From the NCBI GenBank assembly GCA_947598395.1, contig CANQFG010000001.1, forward strand, positions 17,894 to 81,893: a stretch of DNA of 64,000 nucleotides, read 5' to 3'. The notes under the pieces are model-generated. The model saw only the letters and a program-made list of their open reading frames with translations, did no database searches and was not told the DNA's origin. The stretch is from an uncultured Bacilli bacterium. GTDB lineage: Bacteria; Bacillota_I; Bacilli_A; RF39; UBA660. Position 1 is the first letter of the stretch; each line of letters opens with the position of its first letter. A program made the position numbers and the translations under genes. Of the stretch, positions 21,064 through 30,525 are shown in pieces.

Positions 21064-22845
21064 TTATTGTGGGGCTAAGACTAGGCGGAAGCTATGGTCT
21101 CGATTTGCGCCATTAATCCAAACAAAGTAGAACTGTCCAGCTAGAACACCATCTTTATAATCACCACCTCGAAAAAACCAAGGCAACGACTGGGAAGCAA
21201 AATTGGAAGCATCTGCATACCAACGATTGTGCCATCTACTTGATTTGTCTCCATCTTGATAATAATTAAACGGCCCAAGCTCACCGGTAGCATCTCCCAA
21301 TATCATTTTAGTATATCCATTTACTTCACTATCTTCATCATATACATCAAAAAATTTAGTACTTAAAGCACTTAACTCTTCTTTGCTAAACCCGCTGGAA
21401 TTTTTTTCTGATTCAGATACATAAGCTGCTACATATTCCCAAGACCCGCCAGACATATCATAGACACCCGTTATATTTCCCGTAGTACTAGCAGTTAACC
21501 CATTTGGCGTGTTCCATGTCGTATTAAATTCGGGGCCATCTCCATATTCGCCAAACATTTTACTTTGGTCTGTTGTTGGTAAAGCCGCATAACCCGTTTT
21601 ATATTGATCATTATTATTTATTGTTATTTCTTTATTTATCCCGAATATTGAATGTGATAGATAGGCAACTGCTCCCCATTCAGTGTTTTTCATCATATGA
21701 GATTCTAAATTTGTATTATATTCTTTAGCTGCTTCAAAGAAAGTTTTAATATTTGCTCCCCGCCACGAATATTCATTTGGTTTAACAACTATATTAGTTG
21801 ATTTACCATTAGTTTGAATGGCATTTTCTGCATTACTAGCATTTTTGTATCCTGTTTCAAATTTGCCTACCCAAAAGCCATCGACTTCAAATGATTTAAA
21901 TGCTGGATGGGTCATATATTCTCCGTTATTACAACTTCCTATATTTCCACTAGTCATTGGTGTTTCACACGATACGCCTTCGATATTTTCAGTGTCTTTA
22001 GTATCAAAAATTATTTCTATGGAATGGGCATTATATAATGGATTTGTTACATTTACATTCCATAAACGATATTTATATTTTGGTATCCACACAAACATTG
22101 CTTCAATATCGTTCATTTCAATTTGTTGATTATCTTCATAATTTTTTGATGGTTCACTTTTTAAAATAACGGCATTAGCCCATTTTTTATTGCAATAATC
22201 ATACCAATCAGGATTATCATTACTTACTTTTGTTATTGTTCCTTCATCATTTATTGTTACTGGTATTAATTTTGTTTCATCGCCTAAATTTGGTACTGCC
22301 ACACTCTTACATGAATCTTCAGCAATATACTTGTCTCCATCTTGATCTCTTTCTGTTGGTGTTACGGTTAGACTACACTTAAACTTTTCGTCAATTTCTT
22401 CTGTACTTACTTTCTTTAGTTCAACTGTTATTGTTCCTTTTCGACTCTCTTGGGCTTTTACTGTTAATTTCTCTGGACTCGATTTTATTTCCGTATATTT
22501 ACTAGTTTGATTTTCAGATACATTTCCATCATCTTCTACCCTTTTACAATCGATAGTTACAGTAGCATCATATTGTTTACTATTATTCATTACTCGATAT
22601 TCTAGTATACTTCTATCACCTATTGTACTTAGATCTTTTGTTTCAAATGTTATACTTTTCTTTTCATTTGTTTCAATTAATTCATTATTGACTACGCCAT
22701 CAAGTATAGCTTCACTAAAGTATACATCAAAGTCTTCGGTATCATATCCATAATTTATGGTACCTGTTATCGTTAAAGTTGTTGCTACAGCTGCAAAACC
22801 AATACTCATTATTACTAATGCGATTATTATTCCTCTTTTTTTCAT
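21064..22845 (-). CDS. Secreted or membrane-anchored protein with a C-terminal FGE/SUMF1-like domain, paralog B
   Basis: MKKRGIIIALVIMSIGFAAVATT signal-anchor. C-terminal NTEWGAVAYLSHS, GVYDMSGGSWEYVAAY, RGGDY...SFRLVLAP. Paralogous to 15286..17052. Confidence 0.75.
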   Translation of the reverse strand: MKKRGIIIALVIMSIGFAAVATTLTITGTINYGYDTEDFDVYFSEAILDGVVNNELIETNEKKSITFETKDLSTIGDRSILEYRVMNNSKQYDATVTIDCKRVEDDGNVSENQTSKYTEIKSSPEKLTVKAQESRKGTITVELKKVSTEEIDEKFKCSLTVTPTERDQDGDKYIAEDSCKSVAVPNLGDETKLIPVTINDEGTITKVSNDNPDWYDYCNKKWANAVILKSEPSKNYEDNQQIEMNDIEAMFVWIPKYKYRLWNVNVTNPLYNAHSIEIIFDTKDTENIEGVSCETPMTSGNIGSCNNGEYMTHPAFKSFEVDGFWVGKFETGYKNASNAENAIQTNGKSTNIVVKPNEYSWRGANIKTFFEAAKEYNTNLESHMMKNTEWGAVAYLSHSIFGINKEITINNNDQYKTGYAALPTTDQSKMFGEYGDGPEFNTTWNTPNGLTASTTGNITGVYDMSGGSWEYVAAYVSESEKNSSGFSKEELSALSTKFFDVYDEDSEVNGYTKMILGDATGELGPFNYYQDGDKSSRWHNRWYADASNFASQSLPWFFRGGDYKDGVLAGQFYFVWINGANRDHSFRLVLAPQ

Positions 22846-22882
22846 GTCGATCGCTGCTCCTATTTTCTATTTTCTCTATTGT

Positions 22883-22912
22883 ATTGCACCCCCCCAGTTG
22901 CATTTTTTTCAA
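22883..22912 (-). promoter_or_regulatory. Promoter of FGE paralog B with a poly-G7 tract (C7 on the plus strand, 22889..22895) in the spacer
   Basis: Minus strand TTGAAA (22912..22907), then an 18-nt spacer AAAATGCAACTGGGGGGG, then TGCAAT (22888..22883). Otherwise nearly identical to promoter A. Confidence 0.6.
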
Positions 22913-22944
22913 CATAAAAAAAGGCCCCTTATTACGGGACTTAA

Positions 22945-23604
22945 TTATAACTGCCAATCGATAGGTTCAAGGCCATTTTTCTTTAAAAACTCATTTGTTC
23001 GCGAAAAAGGCTTACTTCCAAAGAAACCATTTCGGGCACTAAATGGAGAAGGATGTGCACTTTCGATAATCAAATGTTTAGGATTAGTTATATAGACTTT
23101 TTTACTACGAGCAAAACTACCCCAAAGGATAAAGACGACGGGTTCATCATGCTCATTAATAGCTTTAATGATATAATCTGTAAACAACGACCACCCTAAA
23201 TCTTTATGTGAATTAGGCGAATCTTTAACTACTGTTAGAGTACTATTTAATAATAAAACTCCTTCTTGGGCCCATTTTGTCAAATCACCTTTTTCAGATG
23301 GTTTAATACCTAAGTCAGTATATAATTCTTGATAAATATTTTTTAAACTAGGCGGTAATTTTATACCCTCTTGAACGGAAAAGGATAAACCATGCGCTTC
23401 CCCTTCCCCATGATAGGGATCTTGTCCCATAATTACTACTTTGACATTTTTATATGGCGTCAATTTTAGAGCATTAAACATGTTCTCTCTTAAAGGGTAA
23501 ATCGTCTTAGTTTGATATTCATGATCAACTATAGACATAAATTTCTTAAAGCCATTGCTTTGCCAAATGACACTTAAAACTTGATCCCAATCATTACCAA
23601 TCAT
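22945..23604 (-). CDS. ung: Uracil-DNA glycosylase
   Basis: VVIMGQDPYHGEGEAHGLSFSV water-activating loop and a C-terminal HPSPFSA motif. Confidence 0.92.
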   Translation of the reverse strand: MIGNDWDQVLSVIWQSNGFKKFMSIVDHEYQTKTIYPLRENMFNALKLTPYKNVKVVIMGQDPYHGEGEAHGLSFSVQEGIKLPPSLKNIYQELYTDLGIKPSEKGDLTKWAQEGVLLLNSTLTVVKDSPNSHKDLGWSLFTDYIIKAINEHDEPVVFILWGSFARSKKVYITNPKHLIIESAHPSPFSARNGFFGSKPFSRTNEFLKKNGLEPIDWQL

Positions 23605-23612
23605 ATACTACC

Positions 23613-24044
23613 TCACTTATGATATGTTTCATTATTATTAATTTTAAAAGCACGATATATTTGTTCGAGCAATAACCCACGAAAAAGGCCATGCGGATAC
23701 GTATTATTGCCAAATGATAAATGATAATTAGCTATATTTTTGATACGTTCATCTAAACCATCCGAACTACCAATAATAAAACTGATATTGGCATAATGTG
23801 CTAACCATAGATCAATATTTTGGGCTAATACTTTGCTAGATAAATTCGTTCCTTCGATTTCTAAAGTAACGACAAAACTATTCTTTATCGCCTTTAAAAT
23901 TAAATCACCTTCCTCTTTAATATTACTATCTTTTAATTCAATAATATTAAGTTTATGGTATTTATTTATTCTTTTACAATAATCATTTATCATTTCAGAT
24001 AAATATTTTTCTTTAATTTTACCAACACATATTATATTAATCAT
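23613..24044 (-). CDS. rlmH: 23S rRNA (pseudouridine1915-N3)-methyltransferase RlmH
   Basis: MINIICVGKIKEKY SPOUT-family N-terminus. The ATG overlaps the yycJ stop as ATGA, and the track's longer ORF starts at a TTG. Confidence 0.85.
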   Translation of the reverse strand: MINIICVGKIKEKYLSEMINDYCKRINKYHKLNIIELKDSNIKEEGDLILKAIKNSFVVTLEIEGTNLSSKVLAQNIDLWLAHYANISFIIGSSDGLDERIKNIANYHLSFGNNTYPHGLFRGLLLEQIYRAFKINNNETYHK

Positions 24045-24805
24045 ACTTTTACACAATCCGTTTTCTCTCTTTGCGTTGCAACTTTTAAATTATCAAATTC
24101 GATATTATTATCCTTTAGACCACTTCGTACGGTTTCAAGAGCAATCTCGGGAGAATTATTTTCCTTTGACAGATGGGCAAGGACAACTTGTTTCGTATTG
24201 GGTCCAATAAATTTACTCAAATAAAATGCACATTGGCTATTGGAAAGGTGTCCTTTATCGCCCCGAATACGAGCCTTTAACCATGGTGGATATTTGCCAT
24301 GCATCAAAAGTTCGATATCATGATTAGATTCAAAGATATAGAGGGAATGATTGCTTAGTAAATCAAATAACTTATGATTTATATAGCCCGTATCGGTAAC
24401 ATAGACAATCGAGGAATCCCCTTCTTTAAAAATATAGCCACGACTAGCTGGAGCATCATGACTCGTATGAAAGATTTCAATTGTTAAATCGTCAAATTTC
24501 ATCTCATGATTTTCAAAGCATAAATTGGGATATTCATATAAGAATGGTAACTCGGGTAGCATCTTTTCATCGAGAAATACGAGGGGGTTATTGCTCTTAA
24601 AAAATTGCTTCATAGCCCCAGTATGATCGGAATGCGTATGCGTTATAAAGACGTAGTCGATTTCAGAAGGACTGACGTTGAGCTCGGCTAATTTCTCAAC
24701 GATATACTTATTATTCATTCCCAAATCAATTAAGATCTTTTTGCTTTTCGTTTGAATAAAAGTACAATTGCCTTCTGAACCGCTCGCTAATACGGAAGCC
24801 CACAT
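24041..24805 (-). CDS. yycJ: MBL-fold metallo-hydrolase YycJ/WalJ
   Basis: VLASGSEGNCT...ITHTHSDHTG matches YycJ. The yycJ-rlmH adjacency matches B. subtilis. Confidence 0.8.
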   Translation of the reverse strand: MWASVLASGSEGNCTFIQTKSKKILIDLGMNNKYIVEKLAELNVSPSEIDYVFITHTHSDHTGAMKQFFKSNNPLVFLDEKMLPELPFLYEYPNLCFENHEMKFDDLTIEIFHTSHDAPASRGYIFKEGDSSIVYVTDTGYINHKLFDLLSNHSLYIFESNHDIELLMHGKYPPWLKARIRGDKGHLSNSQCAFYLSKFIGPNTKQVVLAHLSKENNSPEIALETVRSGLKDNNIEFDNLKVATQREKTDCVKV

Positions 24806-26322
24806 GAGAATATCGAGTTACATGGGTCCACTGCAACTCCTCCTTGATATGGTTTACCTTTAAAGACCCCTAAGTGAAGATGGGTACCCGTAACGCCACC
24901 GGTATTGCCAATCAAACCGACGCGTTGTTCGCGATCAACTTTTTGACCGACACTGACGAGAATCTTCGACAAATGCATATAGACGGTATAATAGCCATTG
25001 CCATGATCGATATAGACCGAAAGGCCTTCACTCTTATCGCGATTATAATTAACATTAAATACCGTACCAGCTTGAACGGCATAAGCTGGCGATCCATAGC
25101 CATTATTGCGTCCAATGACGGCAATATCGATACCTTGATGTTGCCGACCCCAACGCCACTTGAAGCCCGAAGTTATCGTATATGGACTAGCCGTTGGCCA
25201 ACTCCAATCGTCATTACCTTGACCGGTTTCATGAACATAAGATCCGCCCCCTAAGACTTTCGTACCCCGCGTAATTACTTCATTGACCTCTTGTTTAATC
25301 TTATCGACTTTTAAAGTATTTAAATTTTGAATTTCACCATTGATATATTTGATATTTTGGGTAACGCGGGAAATACCATCTTCACCTTTTTGCGTTACTT
25401 CCTTATAATCATTAAATTTGGTCTTATCATCGACATATTCCGTCTTATAGGCAATTTTGATATCGCTGACAACCGTCTTATAGTAAACGACGCTTACTAA
25501 GGGCGAAATTAAGCTAACATTGATCTTTTCACCAGGCGATAATAGGACATTGGCACTCATATATTGCGGGTTAGCAATCAATAATTCTTCCATATTTAAA
25601 TGATTATCTTCGGCAATCATTTCGAGGTTTTCGCCCTCTTTAGTCGTATATTCTTTTTGATGATCGAGCGTACCAAATAATAGATATTGTGATAAGGTTT
25701 CGGCATCCGTAAAGATATAATCTTCCGTCGAAATATAATCCTTTTTAATCGTAATCTTTTCTTCAAAGTATAAAGACGTTATAATCGAACCCGTATCCGT
25801 AATCTCTTCTTGCGTTTCCTTTTCAAAATCACTCAAATTCTCGGCCCCAATAAAGGCCGCAGCCGTATTATATAGGGCTTCATTGATGATATCTTTATCC
25901 ATCAAATATATTTTTAAAGGGGCCCCTGGTTCCAATATTTCGCCATCATTGATGACTTTTTTCTCCGTATACGTTATCGTAACGACATAACCCTCGATAG
26001 TAAAGGGATCGACATCCTTAATTTTATTATAAATATCGCGGGCATCTTCCACCGTATCATTATAGGTATAGATCTTTTGAACATTTAAGCCATCGGGCGG
26101 ATAAACTTTATCGACATTATAGACATTTTTTATTTCCGATTGTTCTTCATCGATCAAGGCAAGCAATTCATCTTTTGAATCGATTAAACCGACTTTTTCG
26201 CCATCGAGATAGACTTGAAAGGCCGCGACGGGATCATCGGCAACTTTCGTATCCATGCCGACAAAAAACAAAAGAAAAGATAAAATAATGGTTAAAAGCC
26301 CCCCAATAACTTTAATTTTCAT
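24787..26322 (-). CDS. M23 family metallopeptidase (LytM-like) with an N-terminal TM anchor
   Basis: C-terminal HQGIDIA...GNTGGVTGTHLHLGVF M23 motifs. N-terminal TM helix with RBS AGGTGA. Confidence 0.8.
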   Translation of the reverse strand: MKIKVIGGLLTIILSFLLFFVGMDTKVADDPVAAFQVYLDGEKVGLIDSKDELLALIDEEQSEIKNVYNVDKVYPPDGLNVQKIYTYNDTVEDARDIYNKIKDVDPFTIEGYVVTITYTEKKVINDGEILEPGAPLKIYLMDKDIINEALYNTAAAFIGAENLSDFEKETQEEITDTGSIITSLYFEEKITIKKDYISTEDYIFTDAETLSQYLLFGTLDHQKEYTTKEGENLEMIAEDNHLNMEELLIANPQYMSANVLLSPGEKINVSLISPLVSVVYYKTVVSDIKIAYKTEYVDDKTKFNDYKEVTQKGEDGISRVTQNIKYINGEIQNLNTLKVDKIKQEVNEVITRGTKVLGGGSYVHETGQGNDDWSWPTASPYTITSGFKWRWGRQHQGIDIAVIGRNNGYGSPAYAVQAGTVFNVNYNRDKSEGLSVYIDHGNGYYTVYMHLSKILVSVGQKVDREQRVGLIGNTGGVTGTHLHLGVFKGKPYQGGVAVDPCNSIFSCGLPY

Positions 26323-26333
26323 TAATTAATCAC

Positions 26334-27686
26334 CTAGTTTTCTTGAACATTTTTTATATAATTGCGAAAATTACTGATATTCTTTTCAAATAGTAACTCA
26401 ATAGTTCCATTAGCCCCATTCCGATGCTTGGCAACGATTAATTCCGAAAGAGAAACGGGATTTTCCTCCAATGTTTGCTTATTATAATAGTCATCGCGAT
26501 AGAGGAAGGCAACGATATCGGCATCTTGTTCGATGGATCCCGACTCCCGTAAATCCGACATAATTGGTCGTTTATTTTCGCGGGCTTCGACGCTGCGCGA
26601 CAATTGCGCTAAGGCGATAACGGGCGTATTCAATTCCATCGCCATCGTCTTGAGGCTGCGCGAGATATCCGATACTTCTTGTTGCCGATTATTGCCATAA
26701 CCGGGACCGCCACTTATCAATTGAAGATAGTCGATGATAATGAGGCCCAAGCCATTAAATTGGCTATGAAGGCGGCGACATTTAGCTCGAATTTCGGCGA
26801 TAGTAATGCCCGGCGTATCTTCCATATAGATGGGCGAATCGGCAAGTTGACTCATCGCCTCATTGACCTTTTTCCAATCCTCATGTTCCAACCGACCTGT
26901 CCGCAATTTCGTCGTTTCGACGGCACTTACCGAAGAGATCATCCGAAACATCAATTGCTCGGCTCCCATCTCCAAGTTAAATAATGCAACGACTTTATTG
27001 GATGAAAGAGCCGCATTAGTGGCAATATTTAGGGCAAAAGCCGTCTTACCCATGGCGGGACGTGCGGCAATGATTATGAGTTCATTCGGATGCAAGCCAC
27101 TCGTCAATTTATCAAAATCATAAAAACCCGTCGCCACACCCGTAATCTCCTGATTATTTTTGGACAAAGTTTCCAATTGATTGCGCGCCGAAGCTACGAC
27201 CTCTTTGGCCGTCTTAAAATCGCCACTCTTGCGAACCTTCGTTACGGCAAATATCTTCTTTTCGGCAATATCGATAATACTAACGGCATCATTGATCTCA
27301 TCCCGCGCCGAATTTTCGATATCTTCACATACCGAAATTAAATTTCGTCTTAAAGCTTTCTCCCGAATAATATTGATATACGAATCGACATTCGAAGCCG
27401 ACATGACGGAATCGATTACTTCACTTAAATATTCGATACCACCAATCGTATTAATTGGCGTATATTTTTCGATTTCATTTTTTAAAATCGTCGCATCCAT
27501 TTGTTCATGACGTTTATGAATCTCACTCATTGCCTCAAATATTTGAGCATTCTTTGAATCATAAAACATGTCTTTGCTTAACTCTTCCGAGATCTTTTCC
27601 AAAGCGGTACGCGATAAAAAACCACATCCTAAAACTGCCATTTCTGCTTCGATATTTTTGGGTTCTCCTCTATTTATCTCGGCCAT
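26334..27686 (-). CDS. dnaB: Replicative DNA helicase DnaB
   Basis: Walker A AARPAMGKTAF, RecA-like C-terminal domain and arginine finger, 450 aa. Confidence 0.95.
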   Translation of the reverse strand: MAEINRGEPKNIEAEMAVLGCGFLSRTALEKISEELSKDMFYDSKNAQIFEAMSEIHKRHEQMDATILKNEIEKYTPINTIGGIEYLSEVIDSVMSASNVDSYINIIREKALRRNLISVCEDIENSARDEINDAVSIIDIAEKKIFAVTKVRKSGDFKTAKEVVASARNQLETLSKNNQEITGVATGFYDFDKLTSGLHPNELIIIAARPAMGKTAFALNIATNAALSSNKVVALFNLEMGAEQLMFRMISSVSAVETTKLRTGRLEHEDWKKVNEAMSQLADSPIYMEDTPGITIAEIRAKCRRLHSQFNGLGLIIIDYLQLISGGPGYGNNRQQEVSDISRSLKTMAMELNTPVIALAQLSRSVEARENKRPIMSDLRESGSIEQDADIVAFLYRDDYYNKQTLEENPVSLSELIVAKHRNGANGTIELLFEKNISNFRNYIKNVQEN

Positions 27687-27696
27687 CTCTTCACCT

Positions 27697-28134
27697 CTAA
27701 CTCAAATGAACTTTTACTGTTGCAACTACCTTTTTATGGATATTTATTTTCACCTCATGGGTTCCTAGGGTATCTAAGCTATAATCGAGAACGATCTTCT
27801 TCTTATCGATATCATAGCCCTTTTTCTTTAAAGCTTCGGCTACCTGCTTACTCGAAACACTGCCAAAGACTTTGCCATCTTTGCCCTTTTGGACATTGAA
27901 TTCCAATACGATCTTAGCTAGTTCTTCTTTAAGAGCATTGCCCTTTAAAATCTCTTTTTCCTCTTCCTCTTGGCGGAGCTTTAAAGTCTCTTCCAGTTTA
28001 TTTTTATTGGCGGTATTGTACGGAACAGCTAAGCCTTTATTAATCAAGAAATTATTGGCATAGCCATCACTAACATCGATAACTTGATCTTTCTTACCTT
28101 GTTTCCGAACATCTTGAAGCAATATAACTTTCAT
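27697..28134 (-). CDS. rplI: 50S ribosomal protein L9
   Basis: MKVILLQDVRKQGKKDQVIDVSDGYANNFLI. The rplI-dnaB adjacency is the conserved arrangement. Confidence 0.93.
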   Translation of the reverse strand: MKVILLQDVRKQGKKDQVIDVSDGYANNFLINKGLAVPYNTANKNKLEETLKLRQEEEEKEILKGNALKEELAKIVLEFNVQKGKDGKVFGSVSSKQVAEALKKKGYDIDKKKIVLDYSLDTLGTHEVKINIHKKVVATVKVHLS

Positions 28135-28204
28135 CAAAATCCCTCGCTTCCATGTTTATTATTATATCAAAAACTATAAAAAAAAGATACTTTATTAAGT
28201 ACCT

Positions 28205-28420
28205 TTATTTAACATAGGGAATTATACCCATAAAACGTGCTCTCTTAATTTGTTGAGCAATATATCTTTGATGTTTGGCACAAGCACCAGTCATACGACG
28301 TGGCATAATCTTGCCTTTTTCATTTATATATTTAGAAACAATTGCAGCATCTTTATAGTCAACGTCTTTTCCAGCACACATTTGACAAATTTTCTTTTTC
28401 TTGCGATAAAATTCTGCCAT
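28205..28420 (-). CDS. rpsR: 30S ribosomal protein S18
   Basis: CAKHQRYIAQQIKRARFMGIIPY. Confidence 0.93.
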   Translation of the reverse strand: MAEFYRKKKKICQMCAGKDVDYKDAAIVSKYINEKGKIMPRRMTGACAKHQRYIAQQIKRARFMGIIPYVK

Positions 28421-28434
28421 TCCTATTTTCCTTT

Positions 28435-28896
28435 CTAAAATGGTAAGTCATCATCACTTAAAACGACTTCCGAACCAAAATCCTTATATGGATCTTCATT
28501 TAAATCGGCCGGTTGAACTGATGATACATCACCCATACTATAATCCGGTTGCGCATCCATTCCATAATCATGGGCGCCACCACTTTTACTTCCCAAGAAT
28601 GTAACGCTGTCGGCTACAACCTCGGTAACATATCTCTTAGATCCATCTTGTGCATCATAACTCCGCGACGTAATGCGTCCCGTAATGCCAATTTGAGAAC
28701 CCTTTTGACAAAACTTCGCGACATTTTCCGCTTGTTTGCGCCATATGACGACATTGATAAAATCCGTTTGCCGTTCGCCATTGGCATTCATCCGCCCATT
28801 GATGGCAACCGTTACCGTCGTCGTCGAAATGCCCGTAGCCGTCGTCCGCAATTCGGGATCTCTCGTTAATCTTCCTACTAAAACAACATTATTCAT
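28435..28896 (-). CDS. ssb: Single-stranded DNA-binding protein
   Basis: MNNVVLVGRLTRDPELR OB-fold N-terminus and an acidic C-terminal tail DDDLPF. Confidence 0.93.
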   Translation of the reverse strand: MNNVVLVGRLTRDPELRTTATGISTTTVTVAINGRMNANGERQTDFINVVIWRKQAENVAKFCQKGSQIGITGRITSRSYDAQDGSKRYVTEVVADSVTFLGSKSGGAHDYGMDAQPDYSMGDVSSVQPADLNEDPYKDFGSEVVLSDDDLPF

Positions 28897-28899
28897 GAA

Positions 28900-29190
28900 T
28901 TACTCCTCATCTAATCTAATAATCATATGTCTGATAACATTTTCATTGATACGAGCTTTACGATCAAGTTCTTGAACTAATTCCTTAGATCCATTAAAAT
29001 CTAATACATAGTAGTTACCAGATATCTCCTTATTGATAGGATAGGCAAATTTGCGGTTTCCCATCTCTTTAGAATCTGTTAATTCACCGTTCATTTCCTT
29101 AATAATGGCTTTTAAGTCTTCAACTTCCTTAGTTAAAGTAGCTTCTTCCAAAGTTGTCTTAAGAATGAACATCATTTCATATTTGTTCAT
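28900..29190 (-). CDS. rpsF: 30S ribosomal protein S6
   Basis: MNKYEMMFILKTTLEE with RBS AGGAGGTG. The rpsF-ssb-rpsR operon is the conserved arrangement. Confidence 0.93.
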   Translation of the reverse strand: MNKYEMMFILKTTLEEATLTKEVEDLKAIIKEMNGELTDSKEMGNRKFAYPINKEISGNYYVLDFNGSKELVQELDRKARINENVIRHMIIRLDEE

Positions 29191-29300
29191 TTCACACCTC
29201 CTTATGGTCTATTTCGGCTTACATAGTAAGCAAGGAGCTTTTCGCTCGTAAGTATTATAACAAAGTCATATGCATTTGTAAACACTAAAAATAGGCATTA
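29191..29300 (-). promoter_or_regulatory. rpsF operon promoter (TTTACA-17-TATAAT) and a leader carrying two hairpins, a possible S6:S18 autoregulatory leader
   Basis: Minus strand TTTACAAATGCATATGACTTTGTTATAAT. The leader hairpins are GAGCGAAAAGCTC and CTTACTATGTAAG, then AAGGAGGTG. Confidence 0.45.
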
Positions 29301-29336
29301 TTCATTAATAAATATATGCCCACTTAATTAGAAATA

Positions 29337-30443
29337 TTATTTTGTCACATTAAACCGGAAATAGGCAATATCGCCATCTTGCATCAAGTAATCCTTGCCT
29401 TCGAGGCGCACGCGACCAGCTTCCTTAACGCGCAACTCCGAACCATAATTCTTTAAGTCATCGAAGCTCATGACCTCGGCCTTGATAAATCCCTTTTCAA
29501 AGTCCGTATGAATGATACCGGCACAACTAGGCGCTTTCATGCCCTTTTTAAAGGTCCATGCCCGACATTCATCCGATCCAGCCGTAAAAAAGGTAGCCAA
29601 ACCCAATAAATCATATGTGGCAAAGATCAATTTATCCAAACCGCTATTCTTTATGCCCAAGTCTTCCATGAAAAGAGCGCGTTCATCATCCGTTAAACCG
29701 GATAATTCCTCTTCGATTTTGGCACACATGACGATCATGCGCGCTCCCTCTTTTTGTGCATACGCGCCGACGAGTTCCGTATATTGATTTTTGCCAACGG
29801 CAATATCATCTTCGGAGACATTGGCAACATAGATCATCGGCTTATAGGTAATAAAGGAGAAATTTTTAAGTATTGCTTGCTCTTCTTCCGTAAAGTCCAC
29901 TAGCCGCAAGGGAATGCTCGCTTCCAAGTTTTTGACACATTTATTTAAGGTATTTATCTCCAATAATTCCTGTTTATCCTTAGTCATTTGGGCCTTTTTG
30001 CCAATCTTATTTAACCGATTAGTAATAATCTCTAAATCCGATAGAATTAATTCGACATTGATGATATCGATATCCCGAAGGGGATCGACCTCACCTTCGA
30101 CGTGCGTAATATCCTTATTATCAAAACACCTGACGACTTCGACGATTGCATCGACCTCGCGAATATGACTCAAGAACTTATTTCCGAGGCCCTCGCCATT
30201 CGAAGCTCCTTTAACGAGTCCCGCAATATCGATAAATTCATACGCCGTCGGTACGACCCGTGCTGGTTCATATTTACTGGCCAAATAATCCAAGCGACTA
30301 TCTGGTACCGTAACGACACCGACATTGGGGTCAATAGTTGCGAATGGATAATTGGCGGCCAAGATATTCTTTTTTGTAATCGCATTGAATAATGTCGACT
30401 TTCCGACATTGGGAAGGCCAACAATTCCCGCTTTTAAACCCAT
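29337..30443 (-). CDS. ychF: Ribosome-binding ATPase YchF
   Basis: MGLKAGIVGLPNVGKSTLFNAITK G1 motif and a TGS C-terminal domain. The track's 14-aa N-terminal extension lacks an RBS. Lies upstream of rpsF as in B. subtilis yyaF. Confidence 0.93.
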   Translation of the reverse strand: MGLKAGIVGLPNVGKSTLFNAITKKNILAANYPFATIDPNVGVVTVPDSRLDYLASKYEPARVVPTAYEFIDIAGLVKGASNGEGLGNKFLSHIREVDAIVEVVRCFDNKDITHVEGEVDPLRDIDIINVELILSDLEIITNRLNKIGKKAQMTKDKQELLEINTLNKCVKNLEASIPLRLVDFTEEEQAILKNFSFITYKPMIYVANVSEDDIAVGKNQYTELVGAYAQKEGARMIVMCAKIEEELSGLTDDERALFMEDLGIKNSGLDKLIFATYDLLGLATFFTAGSDECRAWTFKKGMKAPSCAGIIHTDFEKGFIKAEVMSFDDLKNYGSELRVKEAGRVRLEGKDYLMQDGDIAYFRFNVTK

Positions 30444-30525
30444 ACTATCCCTCATTTCATAGGTAATTATAGCAAACATTGACATTTTTGTGAATAAAAA
30501 ATATAGATCGAAAAATCTATATTCC

